Of a stretch of 45,326 nucleotides of DNA, positions 36,301 to 45,326 are shown one piece after another. Every line of letters begins with the position of its first letter. Positions within the stretch are counted from its first letter, which is position 1. The notes under the pieces are model-generated. The model saw only the letters and a program-made list of their open reading frames with translations. It did not search any database and was not told the DNA's origin. Source of the DNA: a virus (lineage: Duplodnaviria; Caudoviricetes); IMG/VR virus record IMGVR_UViG_3300021121_000005, positions 1 to 45,326 of that record; one strand, given 5' to 3'. Made by a program: the position numbers and the translations under genes.

Positions 36301-36949
36301 CCGGTACTTCTGACCATACACTCATATCACCAGCACGAACCCAAGCAGTAGTAGAAGCTACATAAATACCATTGTAAGCATTGTTAAACTGATTCTTAAC
36401 AAGAACACGATCACCAGCTAAAGTTGTATATCCATCAATAACTTGCAATCCTGAAAGCGTAATATTTGCTGTAGTAGCTACTTGACATTCAGCTTTAAAC
36501 AATCCTTGAGATACAGAATCAACATAAGCCTTATTTGCTATATCAACACCATTTACAGGAGCAGTTGCAACTTGCCCTGTAGTGGTAGACATATTATTAA
36601 ATATTGGAGAATAATATCCATTGTCTAAACCATAAAGTTGAGCAAAAGCATTGCCAGTTCCAGCAGTCATCATATTGATGACAAAATCACCTTGATTCCA
36701 AGCTCTTGCAACTGTACCTTCTTGACCTCTAGCAACAGTTAAAACATCACCAGTAATATTGGTACAAGAAATAATTTCAGTAATTAGTCCACTTAAAGCA
36801 CTGACAATCGTTAATGTTATTGATTGATTAGTAGATGGTGCAGGGAAATATGTTCCTGTACCACTTGCAACTGTAATAGTTGTTTGAGTGCTTGTGATAG
36901 GTAACGCTAATGTAGTTTGTGCCTGATTAGCGAATAATAAAATGGACAT
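33332..36949 (-). CDS. Long S/T/G-rich fibre-like structural protein
   Basis: 1205 aa; DRVLVKNQ, GTVTSV, GTYGSA and YQGVWNASTNTP modules. Confidence 0.75.
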   Translation of the reverse strand: MSILLFANQAQTTLALPITSTQTTITVASGTGTYFPAPSTNQSITLTIVSALSGLITEIISCTNITGDVLTVARGQEGTVARAWNQGDFVINMMTAGTGNAFAQLYGLDNGYYSPIFNNMSTTTGQVATAPVNGVDIANKAYVDSVSQGLFKAECQVATTANITLSGLQVIDGYTTLAGDRVLVKNQFNNAYNGIYVASTTAWVRAGDMSVWSEVPGAATFVQYGTLYANTGWNVIAPENGTINVTPIIWTQFSGYGTYTAGTGLTLTGTQFSITSTGVVSGTYGTATSVPTLSINPQGQITSVSNTPISIAPSQINATIPNSGLTNSSITIGSTNVALGNTLTTLAGVSISGSTNTITNIPNSGLVNSSITINGNLIPLGGSATITSQTPNALTIGTGLSGTSFNGSAPVTIAISPTTVTAGSYGSAGSVATFTVNAQGQLTNATTTSIAISNTQVSGLGTMSTQNANSVAITGGTIQGVSLTIDSLDNTPIGFTTASTAKFTTLSANSTVTLGNYTGYIYANGSSAISASTTIPTTALSGTITNAQLDHSSITINGNAISLGGSTSVGTVTSVTATSPISVATGTTTPAISISQANSTTSGYLSSTDWNTFNSKGSGSVTSVSGTGTVNGITLTGTVTSSGSLTLGGTLGGIANSQLTNSTISGISLGSNLASLTIGTGLSGTSYNGSTAVTIANTGVLSVTGTSPVSASTTSGATTVSLSSGYGDTQNPYASKTANYVLASPNGTAGVPSFRSLVNADLPSSGVTSGTYGSASVIPVLTVNSQGIVTSVSTQATNAPSYQGVWNASTNTPTLTSSVGTVGYYYVVSVAGNTTLNGVSNWNVGDWAIFENSVWQKIPGSTSESFTNLTTTNLAVTGLTGYMYANNTTGNVTSSTTIPTTALSGTITNAQLANSTISGVSLGSNLFNLTAGTGVNFSSGTTYNGSTAITINATGTGGTVTSVSASGGTTGLSFTGSPITTSGTLTLGGTLAVSNGGTGVVSSSGANSVVLRDANGNITTNCIFEGYVTQSATGTTLVLTASSAQNYQITGSGGQTIRLPDATTLPNGATFTFNNNQSSGTIVVQNNSSTTVATIQSGGYTTVVLLNNSTSAGSWDRHDSTPSNVSWSTNTLDYAGSITSATWNGNVIAYNRGGTGISTAPTQGGVVYGASSTTQGYTSAGTAGQVLISNGTSAPTFGAVAGGSF

Positions 36950-36964
36950 AAAGCTCCCAAAAGG

Positions 36965-37237
36965 CTACAAAATACTATAAGTATCGTTAATTGCTCCAGT
37001 AAATTGTATCGCACTTACAGGGAAATTCAAGACATAATAAATTTGTCCTGTGAGTGTTTGTGTAGGAGTTACTGCTGGATAAAAATTAGTCCCATCCATA
37101 GATAATTGGATAGCACGACCACCAGCACTAGAATTTAAAACAATCGTTGCTGGAGTGGTTAAAGCATTAGTAATAGGAACTATAGCTGTAGTAGCTGATA
37201 ATGTTCCTGTGATTGGACTACCATAATTGAATGACAT
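36965..37237 (-). CDS. Small structural protein (hypothetical)
   Basis: 90 aa; QLSMDGTNF; AAGGAG RBS. Confidence 0.6.
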   Translation of the reverse strand: MSFNYGSPITGTLSATTAIVPITNALTTPATIVLNSSAGGRAIQLSMDGTNFYPAVTPTQTLTGQIYYVLNFPVSAIQFTGAINDTYSIL

Positions 37238-37246
37238 AAATTCTCC

Positions 37247-38497
37247 TTAATATTTAATACAAGTAAGCACAGAAATATTAATAGGTCTTGATTCAGAGCC
37301 ACCATTACCACTTGTTGTGCCACTTAATGAAACTGAATGATTGTGTCCTGAATCATATACTCCTGTAAAAGCTGGATTTATAGTTGCCCCCGGCCAATTT
37401 AAAACATTTGGAGCATTATATCCACCCGGAGTTCCATTAAAACTTACAGTTTGTATTGTTACTGCATCGCTTGAATGTGTATGAGAAGGATCAACAATAT
37501 TTGCACTAGCATTACCAGTGTTTGTACTACCACTCCAAGTATGAGTATGCGATAAATTTTGATTAGATTGCACTGAACCAAGAACTCTACTTGGATCAAT
37601 AGCATTTCCATTATCTAAAGTTCTTAGGAAATAACCACCATATTGAGGTATTCTAAAAGTAGTAGATCCATCACCTGTACTAAAACTACCATATTGACCA
37701 CCTTGCCAAACAGTATCACTAACTAAGTTTCCACTTGCTTGTGCAAAAGTCCAAAGAGATGCATAAGTTGTTCTTGAAACTAATTGACCATTGGCTATTA
37801 AATAGCCTGAAGGTGCTGTTGTTGCAGGGAATTGAACAATAGCTCCAGTAGGAACAGCCGCTACAAAAATACCAGTTGCAGGATTTTGCATAACCCAAGC
37901 AGAAAATTCAGGACTCCAATTTAACTGAATAGGATAACCATGAGCAGGAATATCTCCTGAAACCAATGTTTGATTATTACCTTTTACAATAGGATAAGCA
38001 CCTAAAATAGTTGATCCCAAGGTTAAGTTAAGAGTTGTTGCTCCAGTATTGGCAGTTAAAGCACCAAGAACTAAAGTCATACCATCAGGTACGCTAGTTA
38101 AATTAGAATTTACTGTTGCAGTTAAAGCATTTGCTGAACCAGCTACATCAGCATAAACATAAGTTCCACTTTGTAATTGTTCAGATTGAACTAAATCAGC
38201 CATGACACCAGCAGTATCAAAATGACCAACAATATCTCCAGCATTAAAAGCTAAAGCTGATGTTCCTTCTTGACCTCGTTGCACTGTCAAAGTATCACCA
38301 CTTCGAGCAGTGCAATTACAAATTTCATAAACTAATACAGAGGTTGCACTATTTAAAGTAACTTTAAATTGTTGCCCTGATGTTGGATTTGGAAACTGTG
38401 AGCCTGTACCTGATGCAACAGTAATTGTGGTTTGTGTACTGGTTATATTGGAAGCTAAAGTGGTTTTAGCGTTATTAGAAAATAACTGAATCGTCAT
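37247..38497 (-). CDS. Tail fibre with collar domain
   Basis: PTGAIVQF..PSGYLIANG..SRTTYASL..GDGSTTFRIP..ESRPIN..CIKY. Confidence 0.85.
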   Translation of the reverse strand: MTIQLFSNNAKTTLASNITSTQTTITVASGTGSQFPNPTSGQQFKVTLNSATSVLVYEICNCTARSGDTLTVQRGQEGTSALAFNAGDIVGHFDTAGVMADLVQSEQLQSGTYVYADVAGSANALTATVNSNLTSVPDGMTLVLGALTANTGATTLNLTLGSTILGAYPIVKGNNQTLVSGDIPAHGYPIQLNWSPEFSAWVMQNPATGIFVAAVPTGAIVQFPATTAPSGYLIANGQLVSRTTYASLWTFAQASGNLVSDTVWQGGQYGSFSTGDGSTTFRIPQYGGYFLRTLDNGNAIDPSRVLGSVQSNQNLSHTHTWSGSTNTGNASANIVDPSHTHSSDAVTIQTVSFNGTPGGYNAPNVLNWPGATINPAFTGVYDSGHNHSVSLSGTTSGNGGSESRPINISVLTCIKY

Positions 38498-38506
38498 AAA
38501 AACTCC

Positions 38507-39118
38507 TTAATAAACCACAGTATAAGTATACTGATATGGTACATTTAAAACACCATATTGTATAGCTGATTGCAAAATTGGTGATACAGGCAAATTAGGT
38601 ACTGTTATTGTAATTCCATTTGTTGTAGGATAAGTTACACTAATGTTATACAAATCAGCAACATTAGGTATATCAGTTCCATTTACACCATATAAAAATC
38701 TTGCTACCCTTTTTTTTAACCAAGGTGTTGTGTATTGGAATCCATCACCTTTATAAAAATTCCAAGTAATCATTCTTTGAAAATAATCATCAGTAATCGT
38801 GTAAAAATTAGTTGGTGTATTTAATACATCTTCGTTATAAGGCAAAGTATCATAAGGAACAGTATCATAAGCACCCAAAGGACTAAAAGTAGTGGCATTT
38901 GATAATGATGGTCTTTCCATACCATATAAACTAAATGCTACCCAATCTAATAAAGGAGCAGTCATTTTGGTATAAATAGGTAAATTTAAACTATTTGTTT
39001 TGTCTAAGTAACTTTGTGCAGTTGTATTATATGCATCAAAAAAAGGCTGAATATATTGCGTTGAATCAAGCCTTTGATATTGCTGATATAAATAAGCAGG
39101 TAAAATAGTAGTAATCAT
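38507..39118 (-). CDS. Baseplate wedge protein (gpI/DUF2612-like)
   Basis: LLDWV..YG..R and TDDYF motifs; follows the baseplate J-like gene. Confidence 0.65.
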   Translation of the reverse strand: MITTILPAYLYQQYQRLDSTQYIQPFFDAYNTTAQSYLDKTNSLNLPIYTKMTAPLLDWVAFSLYGMERPSLSNATTFSPLGAYDTVPYDTLPYNEDVLNTPTNFYTITDDYFQRMITWNFYKGDGFQYTTPWLKKRVARFLYGVNGTDIPNVADLYNISVTYPTTNGITITVPNLPVSPILQSAIQYGVLNVPYQYTYTVVY

Positions 39119-40323
39119 ACTTTATTGATAATTACGCTAGTTGTTGCTGTTGATCCAGCAGTTGTATTGTAATAGCCTTCTACATCAGCTAAATATAAAT
39201 GTGTTCCAGTAATAGGTGTTATAGCAGATCCACCAATATAAACAGTTACAGATATATTTGAAATTAAATTAGTAGGCAAAATGCTTGCTACTGATGTTTC
39301 AAATATACTTTGAATTTCATATAAATTAATAGGCTGACCAACATAAATATTATTAATGTAATTAATAATTGCTGGTTGAGCCAAAGATACAACAGCAGAG
39401 TTAGCCGCCACATTTGTTGCTTGAGAACTCCAATTTAAAGTAATACCAGTTTGTTGAACCACAGGATTTACAAAAATAATATTATAAGTATCAGGGTAAT
39501 TATTAATTGTTACAGTGACATTTCTTGAACTAGATACAGTTGATCCTACCAAAGAGGATATATCAGGTACAGAATTAAAAATTGCATTGGCTATCTGATA
39601 AGGATCTGCACTACCACCACAAATAATTTCCCATTGATTTGTTCCTACATTTCTGACAGATACTAAATTAGGTTGAACTCCACTTACATTTAATAAAGCT
39701 GTTTTAATAAATGCTGGAACTCCTTGTGCTGTTGCTAATCCAGCTTGAATAACTTGAGCTTGATAAGATTGAATAGTTTGTGCTATAGCTCCAGCAGTAC
39801 CGGGGTTTATATTGGTACAAGTTAAAGTAATCCCTGAAGGCACAGAAGTAATTAAAGTAGTGACTGTACCAGCAGGAACAGCCCAAGATCCTGAAGAAAT
39901 AGCTAAACAAAATAATGCAGGGCTTTGACTTGTATTTCCTATAATGCCACCATCTTGAACTGTGTATTGGTATGTACCATCAGATACAACAAAACCAATT
40001 GGAATAACGAAACCAGCATTACCAGTAAAAGTTACATAGACAGAAGTATTTGATCCTTGTCCTTGTGCTACACCATAAACTGCACCTAATTCATACAAGA
40101 TAAATGGATTGGCTGTATAGGGTGAAATTGAGTTCACTAAATCAACATAGGCTTGATCTTGAATAACTACAGCACCAGCGGCTGTTGAAGCTAAATCCTC
40201 AATAAGAGAACCCGGTAGATTTGCAGTAAGACCGGGGCTTAAAGCAGTAGCGGCAGAAATTTCAGCATTTAAAAGATCTGTTGGACTTGCAGGAATAGCT
40301 CCTGCTGTGGTTAAAGTTGCCAT
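39115..40323 (-). CDS. Baseplate J-like protein
   Basis: VTFTG..GFVIPIG..VSDG and LLNVSGV; 402 aa; gene order. Confidence 0.8.
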   Translation of the reverse strand: MATLTTAGAIPASPTDLLNAEISAATALSPGLTANLPGSLIEDLASTAAGAVVIQDQAYVDLVNSISPYTANPFILYELGAVYGVAQGQGSNTSVYVTFTGNAGFVIPIGFVVSDGTYQYTVQDGGIIGNTSQSPALFCLAISSGSWAVPAGTVTTLITSVPSGITLTCTNINPGTAGAIAQTIQSYQAQVIQAGLATAQGVPAFIKTALLNVSGVQPNLVSVRNVGTNQWEIICGGSADPYQIANAIFNSVPDISSLVGSTVSSSRNVTVTINNYPDTYNIIFVNPVVQQTGITLNWSSQATNVAANSAVVSLAQPAIINYINNIYVGQPINLYEIQSIFETSVASILPTNLISNISVTVYIGGSAITPITGTHLYLADVEGYYNTTAGSTATTSVIINKV

Positions 40324-40326
40324 GTA

Positions 40327-40647
40327 TTAACTCGCTACAGTAGTTTGAATTGTTGTACCATTTTGAAATATTGCACTTATATTATAGGTTGGGTTTACAA
40401 CATTTTGCTGTTTTATAACACTTAAACTTGCAAAATAAGGAGCATATTGTTGCTGTGTTCTATTGATTGCAACATCAGGTGGTATTTGTGTTTGTACAGA
40501 TTTTTGAGCAGGTATGCCATAGTTTGCATAAAAAGGACTTTCGTTCTCACTTAATCGCAAAGTTTGTGCAAGAGTAGCTAACCAAATATAAGAAGTTTCA
40601 GTTATTTCTACCCATTTGCCTTCTGCATTAACTCCATAAGATCTCAT
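40327..40647 (-). CDS. Baseplate wedge initiator (gpW/gp25-like)
   Basis: ESPFYANYGIP motif; between spike and J genes. Confidence 0.6.
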   Translation of the reverse strand: MRSYGVNAEGKWVEITETSYIWLATLAQTLRLSENESPFYANYGIPAQKSVQTQIPPDVAINRTQQQYAPYFASLSVIKQQNVVNPTYNISAIFQNGTTIQTTVAS

Positions 40648-41363
40648 ATTGGTGTTCCTGTATTTGATGTACCTGTTTGAACTCCTGAATGTTTATGCGT
40701 ACTTCCTATTGATACTCCATTATTGGTAATAGTTCCAGTAGTATCAATATTACCAGTAACACTCATGGTGCTACCTGTACCACCACTAATATTAAATCCA
40801 TCTTGACCTGTAATGCTACCTTTTACCAATAAATTATTATTCATTACAACATTTCCATCAATTGTTATACCAGTAGAATCAATTGTAATTTTGTTACTAG
40901 AATAAGCCAATTCTATTTTGTCATTGCCTATCGTTGCTACAGCAGTTGTATTGGGAGAAGTAATCACAATTGAATTTAAATCAGTAGTAGTCCAATTAGC
41001 ATTTCCTACAGGAACAAAAACCAATGCTCCTAAATTACTAGGTGGAATTAATGAGGGTAAACCCTTACCCAATCCAGTAATATTTCCTATTTTTGTACTT
41101 GCTGAAATACAAATTCCAGTATCACCCACTTGAACAGGTATTCTAATATATTTGCTACCAATAATAGGGCAGGTTACTTGAGGAAGGGTTAGTAATCCAC
41201 CAGTATCTACTTCAAAATTCACAGTGACGATTGCATTAATTGGATCAACACTTAAAACTGAACAAGGATAAACTTGACCTAATTGTTCTTGATGAGAAGA
41301 TATTTTTTCATCAGTAAAATTATTTAATGAAACAGCAAAAGGGGTTTTTTGTGATGAACTCAT
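40644..41363 (-). CDS. Baseplate central spike (gpV/gp138-like)
   Basis: P.QVGD.G segment and C-terminal THKHSGV metal-binding tip. Confidence 0.82.
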   Translation of the reverse strand: MSSSQKTPFAVSLNNFTDEKISSHQEQLGQVYPCSVLSVDPINAIVTVNFEVDTGGLLTLPQVTCPIIGSKYIRIPVQVGDTGICISASTKIGNITGLGKGLPSLIPPSNLGALVFVPVGNANWTTTDLNSIVITSPNTTAVATIGNDKIELAYSSNKITIDSTGITIDGNVVMNNNLLVKGSITGQDGFNISGGTGSTMSVTGNIDTTGTITNNGVSIGSTHKHSGVQTGTSNTGTPI

Positions 41364-41364
41364 A

Positions 41365-42399
41365 TTAATTAATTGTAGTAGGTAAATTAGATGAAACTAC
41401 ACAATCAACAACTGTTACCCAGCTATTGCCATCAGCTTGTCTACTGCTTCCTACATTACGAACACGATTGATTTGAAAAACACCTTGAAAAGATACATTA
41501 TTTCTTGCTTGTGTTAAAGCTGATGCAGAAGTGTTCACAATAGGTGATTTACTAGGAAAAATAATGTAATTACCAATCTGTAAATCTCCACGCATAGCCA
41601 ATTTTGCTTGTACAGTTACTAAATCTACCCAAGTTAAGTTTCCAATAATATCTTGAAAATCAACAACTACTGTTTTTTGAGTAACAAGTTCTTCTTGAGA
41701 AGTTGTACCATCATTAAGAAAAAATCCTGAAGGAGTAGCAACAATTCCAACACCAGCATAATTAGTCAATTTTAAAATGTCTTTACTGGTTTGATTTAAG
41801 TATTTATTAAAACTTTCTAAATTGGTATACTGAGCAGATTGAGTTTCAGTAGCAATTAAATTAGGACTTATTCCACCATTAATCACTAATTCTAATCCAG
41901 TTTTACTTTTTGGATAAGCCTTCTGTAAAGTATTTTTAATCGCATCTTCTAAAAATGTTCCTTTTGTCCAAGTAAAATCCAAATTGACATTAGCACTTGG
42001 ACTAACAGTTGAATTGGTAATAACTAAATCTAAGGTAACAAGATTACCTTGCCAGTTTGCATACGATTGCAATATAGATCCATTAATAACTAATCCTTGT
42101 TGTGCTGGATTAGCGAAGGGTAAACCTTTAGACATTCCTAACTTTATCTGAATACTCGCAAATAAATTATTTGTGTAATCAGGATTTAAATTAGCTGACT
42201 GATTTAAATCTTCAAAACTAATTCCATAAATTTTTACATACCCTAAACCTTGTGGTTGATAATTCCAAGATTGTGGAATATCAACATCTATTTTTAATGC
42301 TTGAGTATTATTCATTCCATTAGAATATAGCGTACTATAACTTAATGGTGATCCACCTAATCCTGATTTTGGAACAATTGTAATATCGTAATATCTCAT
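41365..42399 (-). CDS. Baseplate hub protein (putative)
   Basis: 344 aa upstream of the spike; G..R..DGNSW C-terminus. Confidence 0.65.
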   Translation of the reverse strand: MRYYDITIVPKSGLGGSPLSYSTLYSNGMNNTQALKIDVDIPQSWNYQPQGLGYVKIYGISFEDLNQSANLNPDYTNNLFASIQIKLGMSKGLPFANPAQQGLVINGSILQSYANWQGNLVTLDLVITNSTVSPSANVNLDFTWTKGTFLEDAIKNTLQKAYPKSKTGLELVINGGISPNLIATETQSAQYTNLESFNKYLNQTSKDILKLTNYAGVGIVATPSGFFLNDGTTSQEELVTQKTVVVDFQDIIGNLTWVDLVTVQAKLAMRGDLQIGNYIIFPSKSPIVNTSASALTQARNNVSFQGVFQINRVRNVGSSRQADGNSWVTVVDCVVSSNLPTTIN

Positions 42400-42668
42400 G
42401 GATTTATTTCAAAACTAGAACTGCTGACACGATAAACTAAAGTTGATGTTTTAAAATAGCCAAACACTAAATTAATATCATAATCATCAGGAGATCCGAT
42501 AATAGGTCTACTAACAATCAAATTTCTTGAAGTATCATAAATAGAAACATAATATCTTGGTGAATAAATATTCCAAGAACATACAGCTACATAAGTAACC
42601 CCATCTAATACAGGATTAAACTGAAAATTAGAAGTAGATTGAGGAGTAAATTTAATATAAGTTGTCAT
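42396..42668 (-). CDS. Small baseplate protein
   Basis: LDG..Y..WN..RYY..I.D pattern; gene order. Confidence 0.6.
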   Translation of the reverse strand: MTTYIKFTPQSTSNFQFNPVLDGVTYVAVCSWNIYSPRYYVSIYDTSRNLIVSRPIIGSPDDYDINLVFGYFKTSTLVYRVSSSSFEINP

Positions 42669-43330
42669 CAGAATGGATAGTATTGATCAACAGCAGGAGC
42701 AGAAGTTGGTGGAACATTATTCCATCCTGTACTTCCACCTAAATTGGGAACAGTAGGAGTGCCATTTGTAATACTTTGCATAACAGTTCCTAAAGTTTGC
42801 TGTAAAAAACCACCTGTGCTAATTAAAGGTTGTACAAAATCCCATTGAAACATATATTGTGTTTGTTTATCACCCATACTGCTTACATCTTTAATACTGG
42901 TTAATAAACAGTTTGTATAAGTGTATGCAGGAGTAATTACACTAAATGATCCACCTGAAGAAAGGTGTAAATCTAAAGTTAATTTCATAGCAGTTAAAAT
43001 CGCTTGCTTATAAACATAGCCACCATTACTTTGTGCTGGGCATATCATTAACATACTAATAGTTAAAGGTTCTTGAATAATCGCATTGGAAGCTACTTGT
43101 AAACTTGCAAATGGGTATTCTGCTACTTGCCACTGTTGTAAAGTGCCACCGGGTAATGGTTTCCAATGTGCAAACAAAGATTGATTCTCAATCCCCGGTA
43201 CATCAAACAATTCTGTGATAGCAACAATAGGTAAAGTCTGCCCCGGTAAAAATTGTGCAATTCCACCTTGCAACAAAATAGGTGATTGCTCATAAGCTAG
43301 TGAAAATATTGTTTGCGTTAAAGAAGTCAA
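42668..43330 (-). CDS. Tail tube initiator / baseplate protein (putative)
   Basis: First gene after the tape measure; VAEYPF..NAII..P..ITPAYTY. Confidence 0.6.
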   Translation of the reverse strand: MTSLTQTIFSLAYEQSPILLQGGIAQFLPGQTLPIVAITELFDVPGIENQSLFAHWKPLPGGTLQQWQVAEYPFASLQVASNAIIQEPLTISMLMICPAQSNGGYVYKQAILTAMKLTLDLHLSSGGSFSVITPAYTYTNCLLTSIKDVSSMGDKQTQYMFQWDFVQPLISTGGFLQQTLGTVMQSITNGTPTVPNLGGSTGWNNVPPTSAPAVDQYYPF

Positions 43331-44970
43331 TTTGCACCCCTTGGGTTTTGTATAGCATTAGCAGAAGTATTAATATCAGCACCAGCATTATTATTAACTT
43401 GCACTCTAATTTTATTAGCATAAGCAAGTCTAGTTTCCAATGCTTTAACTGGATCTGCTGGTCTTTCATATCCTATCCCAGCTTGTACTGCACCTCTAAT
43501 ATCTGTAGCACCTGATAAAGCTCTACCTGAAGATCTTTCATTATTCTTTAATTCATAATCAATAAATTCTAATTGTTCTTCTAAAGAACTTTTATAAATT
43601 GAATGACCAAATTGTTTTTCAAATAATTTTTGTCTATCAGGATGCCATTGAGCCAAACCATAGGCTTTGCCTTGATCGCCTATAGTTCCAGTTTTATAAT
43701 CACTTTCTGCTTTTAGATTAGCCAAAATTCCTATTGTTGCATTTTCAGAATATCCTTTTGATTTAAAAAAGTTATAGGCTTTTTGTTGTGTATTTCTTTC
43801 TTCTTCTATATTACTTTTTGCAATAGATTCTTTTCCAATTACCCACCAAGGCAATTTCTTTTTTTCCTGATCTATTTCTTCTTGTGATATAGCTGGTCTT
43901 TTAAGAATTCCTAAAAATCTTAATGCTTCTACTACGCTATCTGCTAAATTTTTAACACCATAAATAAATGAATTAATATCTTGTTTAAATTCAGCACTAG
44001 AAATATAAGTAGCAAAATTTTTAATTCCTTCTCCTAAATCTTCAAACCATTGTTTTAAATTAGGATTACTTAAAAATATTTTGATAGCATCAGCAATGGA
44101 ATCAGATAATTTTCCTAATGATTCAGGCAGTTTTTCTAAACCTTCTATTAAAGATATTTGTAGTTTTTGACTACTTTCTTTTAATTTAACCCAAAAATCT
44201 TGAAATGCTTTATCAACTTTATCTTGTGTTTCAAATGCTTTATTGCCTTTTTTTAAATTTTCAATAAATTCTTTAAATTCTTTATCTGATAATCCAGCCA
44301 ATCTTCTTTGACTTTCATAGTCTACAATTTGTGTAGTTCCTAAAGATTCTAATACTTGTCTTTGTCCACCAAATTGTTTATATAATTTTCGTATACTTGT
44401 TAAAGTATCAGGTAAAAGTTCACCAGCACTTTTCCCTGTTGTGTTCCCAAGAGCTAAAGGATTTAATAAGTATTGTTTAGTAATGTCACTTTGTATATCA
44501 GCCAAATTACCAAGAGTTTGTATAGGATTGATATATCTTCCACCATATACCTCTGCTGATCTCAATTGACCAGTAGTAATTCCTAAACCTTGTGCAGTTC
44601 TTCTTTGACCACTTGTTGCAGAAGCTAAAGCTCCTAAACCAAATCCACCACCTACAGCACCTATAGTTAAAAATTTAGCAAAAGAAATAGCTGTATTAGC
44701 CATATTTCTTGCAATATTGGAAGTGACATTTGCTATATTCTTTAATGCTTGTTCGCCATCTTTGATAGATTTATTAAAATCATCTTGTTTTTTCTTGGCA
44801 TCTTGTAGGCTTTTACCTACACTTTTTATTCCTTTTTCACCACTGGTATTTGCCTTATTCCAATCTGAAGGCATTTGAGCAAGAGCTTTTTTAATTTTTT
44901 CAAATTCTTTAGCAAATGTTTGAAATTTTTCATCTAGGACATCAATTTCAATTACGCTTTTTACGCTCAT
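43327..44970 (-). CDS. Tape measure protein with a C-terminal tail-lysozyme domain
   Basis: Helical K/Q/E-rich N-terminus; GILANLKAES..GDQGKAYGLAQW..R..QLEFIDYEL..YERP. Confidence 0.8.
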   Translation of the reverse strand: MSVKSVIEIDVLDEKFQTFAKEFEKIKKALAQMPSDWNKANTSGEKGIKSVGKSLQDAKKKQDDFNKSIKDGEQALKNIANVTSNIARNMANTAISFAKFLTIGAVGGGFGLGALASATSGQRRTAQGLGITTGQLRSAEVYGGRYINPIQTLGNLADIQSDITKQYLLNPLALGNTTGKSAGELLPDTLTSIRKLYKQFGGQRQVLESLGTTQIVDYESQRRLAGLSDKEFKEFIENLKKGNKAFETQDKVDKAFQDFWVKLKESSQKLQISLIEGLEKLPESLGKLSDSIADAIKIFLSNPNLKQWFEDLGEGIKNFATYISSAEFKQDINSFIYGVKNLADSVVEALRFLGILKRPAISQEEIDQEKKKLPWWVIGKESIAKSNIEEERNTQQKAYNFFKSKGYSENATIGILANLKAESDYKTGTIGDQGKAYGLAQWHPDRQKLFEKQFGHSIYKSSLEEQLEFIDYELKNNERSSGRALSGATDIRGAVQAGIGYERPADPVKALETRLAYANKIRVQVNNNAGADINTSANAIQNPRGAN

Positions 44971-44979
44971 ATTATTTCT

Positions 44980-45210
44980 CTAAAATAATGATTTATTATT
45001 AATTGCTTTAATAAGATGTCTTTGCCTAAATTCTTCTACATCTGACCACTTACTACCAGCTTCTTCCATAAACTCTTTAAAGCCAATACTACTAATATAA
45101 TCTAAGATACTAGCAATGATTCCTTCGCTTTCTTGCCAGTAGATTCTTTTTTGATCAATATCGGTAAACCATTCTGATATTCCATAATGTCCAAGGATGT
45201 AAGTTCCCAA
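44980..45210 (-). CDS. Probable frameshift extension (or second gene) of the tail assembly chaperone
   Basis: Open -1 frame overlapping the chaperone 3' end and ending just before the tape measure start. Confidence 0.45.
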   Translation of the reverse strand: MGTYILGHYGISEWFTDIDQKRIYWQESEGIIASILDYISSIGFKEFMEEAGSKWSDVEEFRQRHLIKAINNKSLF

Positions 45211-45326
45211 CCTCTTAATGACCCTGCCATCTCCAAGAAAGAATTTTTCAGATCCTTGGGTGCAACCTTGGAGATTGCTGTAAAAAAAACGAGTGAACTC
45301 AATATCTCTGCTTCTTCATCTTCATC
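45102..45326 (-). CDS. Tail assembly chaperone (5' end outside the window)
   Basis: Frame open to the window edge (DEDEEAEILSSLVFF...); position just upstream of the tape measure. Confidence 0.55.
   Translation of the reverse strand, partial: DEDEEAEILSSLVFFTAISKVAPKDLKNSFLEMAGSLRGWELTSLDIMEYQNGLPILIKKESTGKKAKESLLVS

Overview
Near-complete, circularly permuted genome (about 45 kb, AT-rich) of a tailed dsDNA phage with a contractile-tail gene set. The window opens inside a tail-tube-position gene and ends inside the tail-assembly-chaperone gene that should follow it. The minus strand carries terminase, portal, MuF, a composite prohead protein, capsid, neck, sheath, tape measure, baseplate, fibres and lysis genes, plus a replication, methylase and nin arm. 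The plus strand carries a recombination/SSB early arm (22.4-26.9 kb) and an accessory island (11.2-13.1 kb) between portal and MuF. I see no integrase, CI repressor, tRNA or CRISPR array. Top observations: (1) a multi-stem RNA just after ssb (24580-24666) exposes UCCUUUCGUG, the exact complement of a CACGAAAGGA box covering the ribosome-binding site of six small or early genes, suggesting an antisense-RNA regulon; (2) a second RNA of related architecture with a 7-bp pseudoknot lies just downstream of the capsid gene; (3) the head module holds a RelA/SpoT-type synthetase, a convergent candidate immunity gene, an HD hydrolase and a Nudix domain; (4) a C5 methylase has a nested out-of-frame second ORF; (5) CCWGG appears strongly avoided. 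All protein family calls come from motif recognition and gene order, not database searches.
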